Below, in pieces: positions 1 to 13,400 of a DNA stretch of 64,000 bases. This stretch comes from Lama glama. Taxonomy: Eukaryota. The notes below the pieces were generated by a model. That model searched no databases and was not told the origin of the DNA. It saw nothing but the letters and a program-made list of their open reading frames with translations. A program made the position numbers and the translations under genes. Position 1 is the stretch's first letter, and each line of letters begins with the position of its first letter. The stretch covers positions 26,040,001 through 26,104,000 of the forward strand of contig CM052825.1 of the NCBI GenBank assembly GCA_028534125.1, written 5' to 3'.

Positions 1-1362
1 TGCAATCTGCACCCTGAGCACTTCTGTCTTTCTGATCATTTAAGATCAGCTGTTCCAGGTGGAAGTGCCAGGTTAAGCACCAGCTCCAAAGGCTCCTGAT
101 ACTGGGCACACACTGAGGGATGGAGCTGGTGGACAGGCAGCACCATCGTCCACACCTCTGCAGGAGCTCCCAGGATGGAGCCGCCAAGCCTAGTACAAGT
201 CTCCCCGGCCTCTCGCCACATCTGAGAGGCTCTGGCTCAGGAAGGCCCTGGGGAAAGGCTGGTAACATCAACACCTAAGCATACTGAGTCCAAGCCCTAC
301 TGCAGACTTTTGCCTGGTTCCTGCCCAGGTTCCATGGAGCAGAAAGAACAGCAAGATGGAGAGGTGCCTGGGCATCTGCAGATGTCATCGATTCCTGCTC
401 ACAAAGCCCTAACCAGGCTGCCCCCGTTCCTGCTGAGTGCATCCCTACACAGCCCCATAGGCCCAAATGCCTCCTCCTCACACAAGTGTGATCCTGGCAG
501 ATCATCCCACCTAGGGGGCAGGGCTGGGCAGGGCTGACTGCGGGGGTCTCCACAGCAATTCCAGAAGCTGTAGGCCCACCCTGTGTCACAGGCAGGACTG
601 GTCCCCAGACCCTGCATGTTGGAGCAGTGAGTCTACAGCGGGTCTGTTCACACAATTGCTTCATGCCCTCCCTCCAGGGACGAATCACCCACAGATTCGG
701 TCAGCACACAAGTATGCCGTGGGGGGCCCAGGAGACACAAAGAGGGACGAGCAAATCCCCACACGCCCCTCAGTCCTCACATACCCAAGCAAGTCCCCAC
801 ACCCCAAGCAAACCCCCACATTCCTCAGTGAGCCCCCTGGGACAGCCTCCATCTCTGGCTCCCTGCCGACAACCTGCCCGCCTAGGACCTGCAGTAATCC
901 CTCCCAGCCCTTCCCACTGCGAGTGGCTTGGACTCAAAGTCCCCGCAGCCTGATTAGTGATCCAGCCCAGCTGGCCCTGGGAGCCCTTGCCCTGAGACCA
1001 ACCTGGCTTCCCCAGCAGCCTCCTCACTCACTCAGCAAGTGGAGAAGTCACCTCGACTGAACCAGGTGATGGGGGACATCTCTACAGTATGGGGTCCCAG
1101 CACACCTCCTGCAGCAGCTCTGGGCAGTGGGGGCCACAGGAGCCCGTGAAGACACAGAGCTGGCTGTGGGGCCCTGGCACCCTCTGACAGCTGAGGCCCC
1201 TCCATTAGAGGGCAAACTTGTTTGGGCTCTTGGATGGAAGCCTAATGTTCAAATATCAAAACTTCTTGGGAAAGAATCCTGCAAGTGGGGTATCAGGTGG
1301 CCAACATGCATAAGGAGAGTGGCCCTACTGGAGAACAGCCCTGGCAGCACCCCTGGTCTTAC

Positions 1363-1423
1363 CTGTGCGCCCCTGGAGTAGGACCTGAAGATGGTGCAGA
1401 ACCTGCCCTGGCCCGACGTGTCC
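1363..1423 (-). CDS. RAB40C: RAB40C coding exon 3 (61 nt; G3 box WDTSGQ)
   Basis: tttcag|GGACACG...GCACAG|gtaag. Confidence 0.96.
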
Positions 1424-4400
1424 CTGAAACAAAGGAGGATTGGGGATACAGCCCGAGGGACCCCAGCATGCACCGTGTGATCCCTGCAAGGCACTCGCCA
1501 CCCATTCCTGTCCCACTCTGTGGGCCTGGGCACTCTGGAAGACTGCCCTGCGGGACTGGAGAACCTTAAACCTGTGCAAATTTACATCTTGACTTTGAGG
1601 CTCTGGAAATGCCCTTAACGTGGAGCTTAGCAAAGGCTGTGGAGATAGGGCCAGGGCCCCTGTGGAAATGAGTCTTTAAGGGCAAAAGGGAGCTAAGCTC
1701 TGTCAAGACAAGCAGCCCCAGACTGTCTGGGTCCTGCACCGCACTCCACTTCACATTCGCACAGGGGCGGTGTTAACAGCTACTCTAAGGGACACGTAAA
1801 TGGGGTCCTTTCTGCTTCTTTAAGGATTCCCAACTTACTTTGCCAGCCATCCTGGCCCCACACAACAACTGAAGTGCAGTAGCCCCGCCCCGGGCACCTA
1901 GGTTGCACCACAGACTCACCAGAGCTCCAGCTTGACCCGCCGGCCGTCCAGAAGGATGGTGGTGGTCTTGTAGTCGATCCCTGCAAGGAAGCAGAGGGCA
2001 ACTGAAGGAGCGCCATCTGGCCAGGGCCCAGTCCCTGTAGCTGAGCAGAAATGTGGCTCCAGCCCAGCGACCCCATATGGCTGCCCTCGTGTCATCCCAG
2101 AGGCCTGTGCTGGTGCTGATGGCACTGGCCAAAGGGAAGGCGGCCAGGCTGGGAACCAAACCACTTCAGGATAGCTACTCGGCTTTCTGAGTTCTTAGGT
2201 CCATTATAACTCCCAGGTCCTCACACTGGAGCATGTTTGGAGCACTGTCAAGGGTAAGGTAATTTCTAAAATGCCATTTCTCTGGAGCACTCTCTGGAGA
2301 ATCTCTGCTTGCCATGTCTTTAGTTTTTACTTTTTTATACTTTTATGCAAAAAAAAAAGAGTCAGTCCAAGAAAGGTTGGTGGGAGTGGAGGCAGTGCTG
2401 GACATTTTACCTTACATGTAAGATCTTCAGCTGGTTTATGGGACATCACAAAACTTCCTAAAAGCTGTCTTTCCTCCTCCTCTCTTAAGCCTTAAAAATG
2501 TCATCAGTTTCTTGGCTGTTTACCACACTTGTTCTAAGAAGGCTTGGAAATTGGTACTTTTAGCATGGATACTGCTCTCACACATTGTGTATGTGTATGC
2601 AAAGCCAACCTTAGAGCGCTGCATGTGTGGCTGCTACCACGATGGTCCTTCCACCTGGCTGACTTCTAACTGTGTCAAAACCTGGCTCCTGTGCATCAAA
2701 AGACAACTCAAAAGAATGAAAATGCAGCCCACAAAATGGGAGACAGTATTTGCAAGTCAAATATCTGATAAGGGANNNNNNNNNNNNNNNNNNNNNNNNN
2801 NNNNNNNNNNNNNNNNNNNNNNNNNNNNNNNNNNNNNNNNNNNNNNNNNNNNNNNNNNNNNNNNNNNNNNNNNNNNNNNNNNNNNNNNNNNNNNNNNNNN
2901 NNNNNNNNNNNNNNNNNNNNNNNNNNNNNNNNNNNNNNNNNNNNNNNNNNNNNNNNNNNNNNNNNNNNNNNNNNNNNNNNNNNNNNNNNNNNAAAACAAA
3001 ACCCAGAAAATAACCTGTATTGGTAAAGATGTGGAGAAATCAGAACCTTTGTGCACTGATGGTGGGAATGGAAAATGGTGTAGCCACCATGGAAAACAAT
3101 AATGGTAATTCCTCAAAGAATTAAACACAGAATTAGCATGTAATCCAAAAATTCCACTTCAGGTTTGTACCTCAAAAAAGTAAAAGCAGGGAATTAATAT
3201 GTATGTATCTGCACACCTGTGTTCACTGCAGCATTAATCACATTGTCAAACGTTGGATACAACCCAAGTGTCTATCAATGGAAGAATGAATAAGCAAAAT
3301 GTGGTCCATCCACACAACAAAATATTATTCAACCTTAAAAACGAAGGAAAGTCTGACACATGTTACAACATTGATGAACCTTGAAGACATTACACTCCAT
3401 AAAATAAGACAGATGCAAGAGGACACATCCTGTTTGATTCCACTCCTATGAGGCCCAAAGAACAATCGGATTTAGAGACAAGAAAGGAGATCAGAGGTTG
3501 CCTTGGGCTAGAGGAGGGGTGGGGAATTAGTGCGCGGGGACAGGTGTCAGTTGGAAAGAGGAAAAAGTTCCGGAAAGTAAACTCATTACTCATGACTTCA
3601 ACTTCAGGAAGGACGACCAGTCCTCACCCTCCAGGGGCTTTGCTCAACGCTCCACCAAATGCCCAAAAGGAGATGGATGGTGATGAATATACTGACTGCC
3701 ACTGAACTATACACCTAAAAATATTTAAAATGGTCAATTTTACATGGTGTGTATTTTACCACTATTTTTCTTTCTTCTGCACATATTCTCAAGCAAAATA
3801 AACATTCTTTAGGGGGAAACAGAACTCAGGCCTGTCTCCACTGTCCTTCCTCTGCATTTGCCCCTCCCCCCAACTCTCTGCTGATAACCAGCTTCTCTGG
3901 GTGGACACTCTTAGAATTCTCTGTCAAACGGACGCTCCAACTTGGCCCAGGACACCTTCCTTTCAGTCCTGGCTCTCCACCTGTGGTGAGCTGACTCCAT
4001 GAGGACAGTGTTGAAACAGTGATTTCCAGGAAGGCTGTGGATGTAGGCACCCATTCTCCAGGGGCCGTCACCTCCGTGCAGTCATGAGCCCAGTGAGCTT
4101 GGGCCATGGGGACTGGACAGGTGTCAGTTGGGAAGGCCAGCCCCCAGGAAAGGACCTCAAGGTCCACGGCTCAAGGGCATATCCTGGGCTGCAGGGAGGA
4201 GAGAGACATCCAGGAAGGGCCCAGGAGGAAGCAGGGGGCAGGGAGCTGTGCTGTTGCCCTTACTTGCCTCTGGGGAGGACGCCGGTCTCGGCGGTGGTGG
4301 CTCACTAGGCCTCCTCCCATAAATGGCACCGAGAGGCAGCTGGCGCCTCGCTGACCCACCTGCCTGAGTCCTGCCCAACTCATTACTCATGACTTCAACT

Positions 4401-7400
4401 TCAGAAAGGACGAATGGTCCCCACCCTCCAGGGGCTCTGCTCAACGCTCCACCAAATGCCCAAGAGGGACCTGTGGGGACAGGTACTCAGAGCTGGGAGC
4501 TGGCACCAAGGAGGGATCAGCTCTCTTCCCAAGCCACCCCCTCCCTGCCCCACTGCACAGCCCACCACCTGGGTCAGAGGGCTCATAGAGAACAGGACTT
4601 CCAGGGAAGAGACCACTAAATGACTCAGACTCACGGAAGGCAGCCGTTCTCTCTGAACACAACCTGCCCACGGGCCCTCCAGCCCCAGCTACAGCCTCTG
4701 GGGACAGGTGGCCTCCATGGCCTGGCTCGGGCACCCCCAGGAAGGCAGAGTGGCCTGTGTGAGGGGCCTGAGGAAAGTGGACGGCAGGTCCCTACAGTAG
4801 ACAGCAGGAGCCAGCTGAGGATGGCCAGGGAGCCCAAAGGCTGACATGCTCACCCGGATATCAGAAACATCTCAAGTATATTCATCATGCTGGCTCTGCC
4901 TCTCACCTGCCCATCTCCCAAATCTGGATAAAAATGTAAGGTGTGCTTTATAAATGCATAGAAAATACAGACTCACCAAGTTCAGAGAAGCCTGCCCAGA
5001 GAGGCAGCATCTACCACCGTAAGGACAGCACCAGCCAGATCTCACCACTGAACCAGCTCAGACAACTCTCAGAGCTTGACACTTCTTGCTGCAGAACTTC
5101 ACAATTATCCCTGCCCCTGCTTCACCCCACCAGTCCTTAAAAAACAAGTAGCTTTTTGAGAAAGGGACGACCAGACGTTTCACTGCAAGCATTTAACACC
5201 TCGTACAGCACAGGCATGACCGTTGAGAATACACACCAGCTCTCCAGAGCCAGAGCAGCTGCCCCGTGCACACAGGCCCATGAAGTCTCTTGAGGGCTGG
5301 GCCCAGGCACTCAGTGGTGTGTCCAATGCACAAGGAGGCAGGAGCAGCTCACACGTGGGGAGGGCTCAGGCCCTGGGACTGCAGACACTCCCTGGATGGA
5401 CACAGGGCTTGGGAGGCCGCCAGGGTGAGGGGCCAGAGCAGACCACTTGTGTCCCTGCTGGGGGCTGTTCAGCCCTGATTTCAGCCTACTGTCCCTGAGC
5501 TGAGTTCAGAGGGGTCCCTGTCGACCCTCACAGCCTAGCTCTCTGAACTTAGCAGTGGCAGTGGCACCTGCCCTCCAAACTGTCAGCCTCCCTCACCTGA
5601 CTGATACCCAAACTCATAGGAACATCTGTCTATTGTTTCATAAGGTTCCTGAAAGGAGTGCAATTCACTTGACACAAGTGGCTTCTACATTCTGACCCTC
5701 TACCAGGCACCCAGCTGTCTTGTACCTGCACCCAGCCAAGAGCTGCAGCACATCCCCTCAGGGGCACGGGAGCCTCCAATTCCCACCAGCGTGCCCACAC
5801 CCAGCTGGGGGTTCACACAGTGAAGACCTGGGGACCTCATTCTGAGCCAAGACCCTGACTCAGCCCATGTGGCGTGTGTGCCCCTCCCTTCACTCCACGG
5901 TGTGCAGGGGTGCTACTACCTTGTGAATCACAGCAGACTGCCTTGTTTGTTCAGAATTTTACTAAGAGTTGTTCACCATTCAGGAAAAAAAAATCAACCA
6001 TAGCCACAGCAGAGCAGGTACATTTTTTACTGTCACCTTCTCAGCATCAAGCACAACTGTCCCCAAGCACTGACTTACTCAACCACAAATGACTTTCTGA
6101 CATAGGACAGCACCCCTTTCTTCCTCCTTTATGTTACAGGTGCACATACACATGTGTGTGTGTTTAGTTCTGAGCACGAGTAGGACAGATTACTAATTTC
6201 TTTCCTTTTCAAGACAATAAAGGGGATGCTTCAAAGCGTTGGTCCACAAGGGCCTGCCAGCCTCTGATGCAGTGTCCCTGCAACACTCTGTCCCTCCTGA
6301 CGCTGTGTTCCTCCCACACCGTGTCCCTGCATCGCTGGCCTCACATCCAGCAGGGAGGAGCTGGGCACTGAGCAGCTCGCCAGCTTTGGGAAAACGCTGA
6401 CAGAGGCTGGAGAAGCAGAGACACTACAACTAATTGCCTGGTTGCTGACTCTGCCACCCTTCCTAGAGGTGCTTCAGAGCACAGACTCAGGGAAGGGAGG
6501 AGCAGGAAAGAAGAATACTACAAAAAAGGGCATTCAAGTTTCATCCAGACAGCTGCCCACACTGTAGTGATCTGGGGAGTCCACCAGGCACCCACTCCCT
6601 CAGGCCCCCTAAGACCCACTTCCCCAGGGCTGTAAGCAAAGTTGCAGGGACATGCAGGAGGAAGGCTGAGGATGGGGGGCACTGACCAGCAGGACACAAC
6701 CTCTGTCTTCTGCCTGCCCCTCTCCTCGGGAGTAGGACATTTCCACTTGAGTGAAGCATCCCCGGCCATGTGGCCAGCCTAGCAAGGACAACCTGGTACA
6801 AGAGCCATTCTCCTCGGGCACCCTTTTCTCTCACTGCCACAGCGTGGCAGGCCCTCCCCTCAGGCATCTCCCCACTCCCCACGTCTGCTGGCCCCAGCTC
6901 AGGACAACAGATCTCCAGAAAGCCCATCTTCACTCCATGTCTAGGAAGTTGCGAGGTGATTGGGGCGAAAGGAACAAACCAAGTTAGTTCTCAGCTGTCT
7001 GCCTAGACCTGCCCACTCAGCTGTATTTTGAGTGTGTGAGTCCAGACTGCGGAAGTTTCTAAACTCAGTTCTCCACTGCTCTGAGGCAGCAGGAGCTGTC
7101 AGGACAAAGCCCACTAGACACAGCCCGGCTGACCTGGAGGTGGAGGCACTTTCCACGCACCTATCCAGGCTCAATTTGGACCCACCTGGGGGAGTGGCAA
7201 GGAGGGTTGTCCTACCCCACACAGCATCCTTCCCAACCTCCCTTCAGTGTGAGGTCCAGTCTTCAGGAAAAAAAAGCCAACACTAAGTGTGTAACTATCC
7301 AGCTAATTTCCAACATGATTAAAAGCCATAGGAGAATTTCTTTTTTAAAAAGAATTTATTTATTTTGGTTTTTTGGGGTGTGGAAAGGTAATTAGCTTTA

Positions 7401-10400
7401 TTAATTTAATGGAGGTACTGGGGTTCGAACTCATGACCTCGTGCATGCTAAGCATGTGCTCTATCAGTGAGTTATTCCCTCTTCCCAGCCATAAAAGAAC
7501 TTCTTAAAAATTCAAAACAATTAATAAAAACTGAGTAATGAAAGATTGGATTAAAAATGAAAAAGATTGTGCTTTACATCAGAAATTGACATAACATTGT
7601 AAACTGACTATACTTCAATAAAAAAGTATATAAAAAATAAAATAAAAAGAATTGTAACAACAACAAAAAAGAATGAAAAAGAAAAAGCTAACTGATGCCT
7701 TCCTTTACATTGTTAAATCCAGCACCTGAAACTGGAATGGTACTCCCTGTAGGCTGGACCCCAAGCGCAGCACCCTCGCAGCCTAGTAGGTGACCCTGCG
7801 GCTTCACAGGAGGCTTCAGATGCAGTGTGGTCCCCTACCGTGGAGAAGATGCTGCTATGTCAAAAGCCAGGTTGTTGGTCTTCATGTAGAGCTCCCGGAT
7901 CTCCCCTCCTGGCCCCTAGTCAGGCTCCTGTGTGTTTCCAACATCAAGCTAGCACACAGCATGAGGGCACTGCCCCCAAAACCCAAGACAGGCAGCCACC
8001 GTCCCTTGATGTTACTCCTTAGGGAGAGAAAATAAGGTCTCACCAAGTTCCCAGAGATAGACAAAAGCAAAAAAAGATCTGGGTCTTCTTGGAATCAGAA
8101 GTGTTCCATAACACAGGTGAACACGCAGAAGTGCCTGGAATCCACAGGCTAGCTGTGCAGGCAGCCCCAGGCACACAGGTGACCTCCTGACCAGCTGTCA
8201 TACGTCTTCTGCCAAGGGGGAGACCACAGCACAGGCCTCTGCCAGGGTCATGTGTCTCTAGCCAGAGCATGCGCGAAGGGCAGAGGCAAGGCCTTGGCAC
8301 AGTGTGGTGGGCATTCCCACCACTAAGCACACCCCTCTGCCAAGGGTGGTGGGAGCTAAGACTGGCTTCTGACTCCTAGATGGGACCAGGTGACAGATAT
8401 CCCTCTGGAGTCACACCACACAAGACTGTCCCGTGGGCTCCATGAGGCTAGATGCCCCACAGAGAGGTCTGCGGCCAGGTGCTGACAATGAGCACACTTG
8501 AGCACAGTATGTGAGAGACCCAGGCCCAGATTCAGATGCACAGAAACTGGGCACTAATAAGTGGGTGCTGTTTTAAGCCACTTGGTATTTCTTGGTCGGC
8601 TCAGGTGGCTAGGACAGAATTCCACAGCTGGGGAATTACAAACAGCAGATGTTTATTTCCTACTGTCTGGAGGTTGGAAGTCCAAGACCACAGCACCTGC
8701 AGACTCTGTGTCTGACAGGGGCAGATTCCTGGTTCAGGGACGGTGCTGTCTTCCTGCAATGTTCTTGCATGATGGAGAGGGCAAGGGAGTTCTCTGGGAT
8801 CACTAAGGACACCAATTCACCCTCCTGACCTGATCACCTTCTGAAGACCCCACCTCCAAACACCAGCACCTTGGGGGTCAGGTATAAATGTGTGAATTTG
8901 GGGGGACACACATTCAGTTTCCAGCAGTAACTAACCCCAGCAGGACTGAACAGAAATGCAAACATGCACTCCTCTGATCAGACTACAAAAATCTATCAAC
9001 ACAAAACAACAAAAAGAACTTTTCATGAAGTTGTGGTGGGCCGAGGAAAGGCCCCCAAAGATGTCCCCATCCTAGTCCCTGGAACCTGTGACCATGCTTC
9101 CTAAGGGGCAAAGGGGCTTTGCTGATGTGACCTCAGTTATGGTCCTCAAGGGGAGAGGATCCTGGGTTACCCGGGTGGGGCAATGTCATCAAGAGTCCTT
9201 ACAAGTGGGGACCCTTTTCTGGTGAGTCAGAGAGATGAGATGGAAGAAGGGACCTGAGCTGGCTTTGCAGAGGGAGGAGGGGACTCGTACAGAGTGCAGG
9301 AAACTGGGACAACCCTCCGTTTACAGCCAGCAAGGAAACAGGGCCCTCGGTCCCACACCTTGACTGCTCACCACACCTTCAGGACTGTAAGATGACGGGC
9401 ACAGCAGCAACAGAGAAGGAACATCCAAGTGCACAAGCAACTAAAGGCCATTTATCTCAGCTTCATTTTCTATTATAGGTAAACTGGGTACAGGCTAACA
9501 ATCCATCCCCTCAGGAAGGTTAGGTAACGGCAGGAGACCCACAGGGTGGAGCGCCACCGGCCTCAGCAGGGCTAAAGTGGAAGCAGGCTGTGGAGCAAGC
9601 GGAACTCTCACACTCTCCTGGCAGGACAGAAATTGCTCAACTGCTCTGGAAAACTGGCAGGATCTACAAAGGCTGCACCTTGCAGCCCAGCAATCCCACC
9701 CCTCACTGTTTCCCTGACAGAAACACATATGTACATTCACCAAAAAATACGCATGAGAATTTTCATAGCAGCACTACTCAGAGTGACCCAAACACAGAAG
9801 CGTTCCCAAAGCCCATGTGCAGAGCGGAGGAACGCACGGTCTCCTCACACGTGGAAGGCTGCGCACAAAGGAGTGAACCACGACTACACACAGTGATATG
9901 GCTGAATCCAACCCAACATGGAGAAAAAAAGAAGCTATCATGAATACGCACCATGTGGTTCCACTCAGAGAAATTTTAGAAGTGCAAATCAGCCTGTGAT
10001 GTAAGTCAGCAGAGGCCAGGCCGGGCATAGGCCATGGTCTGCTAAGAGTGGAATGAGTGCACCTGTCCACAGACATCGAACTGCAAGCTTTACATGGATA
10101 CAGGTTCTTGGTACATAAATAATACCTCAATAAGGTCGATTAAAAGGAAAAGAACCTGACAACACCCAAAGCTGACTAAGATATAGAGCCACAGAACTCA
10201 TCATGTGGCCCAGAAACCCCACTCCCGAGACACATCCACACAGAGACTGGTGTGCTGGAATGCATTTTGTGCCACTGAACCTACACTTACAAAAGGCCAA
10301 CATGATAAACATGCATGTTGTCCCACAAAAATGAATTCAAAAAAATTTAAAGGATTTGTATAAGAATGTTCATGACAGCATTATTCACAGCAGCCAAAAT

Positions 10401-13400
10401 CTGGAAGTAACCTAAACCGTATTGATAGGTAAAAGGATGAAAAAATCCGGTGTATGCATGCAAAGGACTGCCACCGAGGGACAAGAACGCAGGTGGTATG
10501 TGAACGTGAGTGGACTTGCTGAGCAAAACAAGAAGAGACAAGACAGGCCACGCTGTGTGGTCCACTCACAGGAAGTTCTGGTAAAAGTAACCCACAGACA
10601 CAAGGAGCAGGCCAGTGGGGCAGGGGCCCAAGAGAACCTCTGGGGTAGGGGGAGCATTCCATACCTTGATCAGGGCTGTTCACTAATGTGCTGACCATGT
10701 GGACGTCTGGGAATAAGGATGACCCGCTGGCCCCAGTGCCTGCCCTCCCACACCAAGTGCACACACAAGCCTGCCGCTTGGCCAGGTCAGGGACAGAGAG
10801 TACATGGAGGCACCTGATACAGTTCAAGAAACCCTTCTAGGCTGGCAGGCAGGGGCTGGGGAGCTCCAGGGCAGTTACTTTGTGGGCTGGTTTCCTTAAT
10901 GACTGAAAAACCACACCAGACCAAACCAAAGTAAAAGCTTCCTGCTGTCCATATAGAGCAAGCTCACTTCACACACAAACCTGGCAAAACACAGAACCTT
11001 AAAAACAAAACTAAAAACAAACAAACAAAAAAACAAACAAAACTACTCACAACCCCAAAACTCAAAGGTTACCACCATTAATGTTCTCACATATTTCACT
11101 CAAAAATTCTGTCCATTTTATGTATATTTATACACTATGTAATAAGACGTGTTTTTCCCCCACTTAATGAGATAATAAAGATTTCCCTATATCATTGAAT
11201 ACTCACTAAATATTCCTGCAAACCTGCATTTTTTAAAGGCTATGGTAATATCTCACCCAACAAATATACCACATCTCTACTGCCAAACACTTAGGCTTTT
11301 TCAAGTTTTTCATTTTTATTAAAAAAAAAAAAAAGCCTTAACAAGGACAGATTCCTAATTGCTTGGTTGAAAAGGGAAGACTGTCACAGCTCGGGATATG
11401 TGCTGCTGAGTCCCTCAGAGAGAGCATGGCAGGCACCATCCCTGCGAGTGTTATCAGACTTACCCTGTGATAAGCTCACAGGTGAGCATTCCATTCCACT
11501 GAATTTTAAGGTTAAACATCTTCCCATGTATCTTTCATTAGAAGACTATCGTGGGACCCTTGCCAAGTGACTTAAAATGAGAAAAACACTCCCAGTGATG
11601 ATACCATTACCACGCTGCTCCCACTCACTGAGGGATCTGGCTGCTGCTAACCTGGACACAAATGAAACCACTGCAGCCCCAGCTGTGTGTTCATGTGTAG
11701 AGTGTATACAAACAAACAAGTATGTGAGTGTGCATGTGTCTGTGCCCACATATACACGTGAACGTATATGTGGTGTGCACAGGTGTGCCAGCACAGATGA
11801 CTGAAAGAGCATGCACAAAGGACTGTTACTCCACAGGAGGTGTCTGTCAGGTCAGGGTGGCAGCTGCTGCACGCTGATGAGGGCCTCTGTTGGCCACACC
11901 GCACCTGAGCCCTGTGCTCAGGGACACACCTCCTCCTGTCCAAACTACATCAGTAGGAAAATCAGACTCAGCTACTAATGCCTTCCAGCAGTGTGGAACA
12001 GGAAGCAAAGAGGACCCAGGAAGAGAGAGAGGAGTAAACACTGGGAAGCAGAGATTAATGCAAAACAACTGGGTAAAACTAGGTAGGGGATTCCTATAAG
12101 GGGCACCAGCCTGAGGGCTTAGGAGACAACAGCCAACAGTGAAAGGTGGGCAGGGTGGACAGCCAACACTGCTGCTGAGTTAGAGCTCCCAAATCCTCCG
12201 CAGTGGCTTCTGGAACTAATACAGAACCTTGGCACCCTGTTCGATGTCACCATGTTCCCTCAGTCACTCAAAGCTACACAAAGCGTTCTACATCCCTGTT
12301 ACCACTCCTCCCACTGAGGCATCGCACAGACCTGATCTGCAGGCACCCACCCCTACCTTGGCCCAAGTGATGGACAACTGCTGCCCAGGAAGATGCAGGC
12401 TGGCCACAGCCCAGCTTACACCCCCAAGAACTGCCTCGGGCCCAGCACAGCAACCCAACCTGTTCTGTCTGACCCACCTGAGTGGCCTCCCGGACTCATA
12501 AACATGTGTTTATCACCAGCCAAGATCTCTGTCCAGGGTTGACATTAACTGCCCTGACCAGATCTGATACCTGGTTACCTGCACTTAAATGCTTTTCAAA
12601 ACCTGTAGAGAGCCTGCCCACTTGCAGGATTCGGGCCTTTTCCACTCATTGTCCTCTATGGGGATGGGGGCATGCTCTCTCAGTATGCTGGCCTCCTGAC
12701 ACCACACCCTCTTCACTCCTTGGTTAAACCCTGGTCAGATCCCTCTTCACTTTCCTTCCCTCCTCATGATCCTGGAAGCCTGTCTTCCAGGCACCCCCAC
12801 CTTCTGCACGAGTCAGTTCTCTCTTCTGCAACCTAACCAAACCACCACGAAGAGCCAAGGCTTTCTGCTCATGTTCTTGGGTCCCCCACCTCCATCAGTT
12901 CTGGGTTTACCCAGTCACCTCTGTCCCCTGTCCCTCCTCTACCTTCTGAAGGACACATGTCCACAGCTGATGAAGTCTTCACCTTTCTGATCCTGGCAGA
13001 AGAAAAGTGAGTACCACGGACACCAGAGACCACCTGTCAAACAGCTCACACAACCACACCCATGAACCTTAGTTACTACCTTGTGCTTAGGGTTCAGGTT
13101 CACTTTATTCACTTTTATTTCCCAGTCTGTCCCCAAAGGACTGAAAGGACCCACTGTCCCACTGTAAGGATGACCGTACACATCCGGTCTTGGTGCAGCC
13201 AGTTCCTCTCCTGGTCTCTGACACTTTCACCAGTCCCAAGACCCTTCTCCTGAGCGCCGAGGGCTGTAAATCCAGTCCCACAAGCCATCTTTCTCTCCTT
13301 TCTAGCATTCCCTCTGCAGCTTGCTCCAAGCCAGGGTGCTGGACACTGAGACCTTCCCCACTTTCCTCAAATGTCTGATGGACTGTCCCTAACTGACTGG

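Noticed and set aside
2512-3102. 196-aa ORF with L1 ORF2-like residues
   Set aside because: Decayed L1 fragment read through Ns; not a functional gene.
3580-4463. CRISPR-like or LTR-pair reading of the 87-bp repeats
   Set aside because: Only two copies, no spacer periodicity, no TG...CA termini, eukaryotic intron context.
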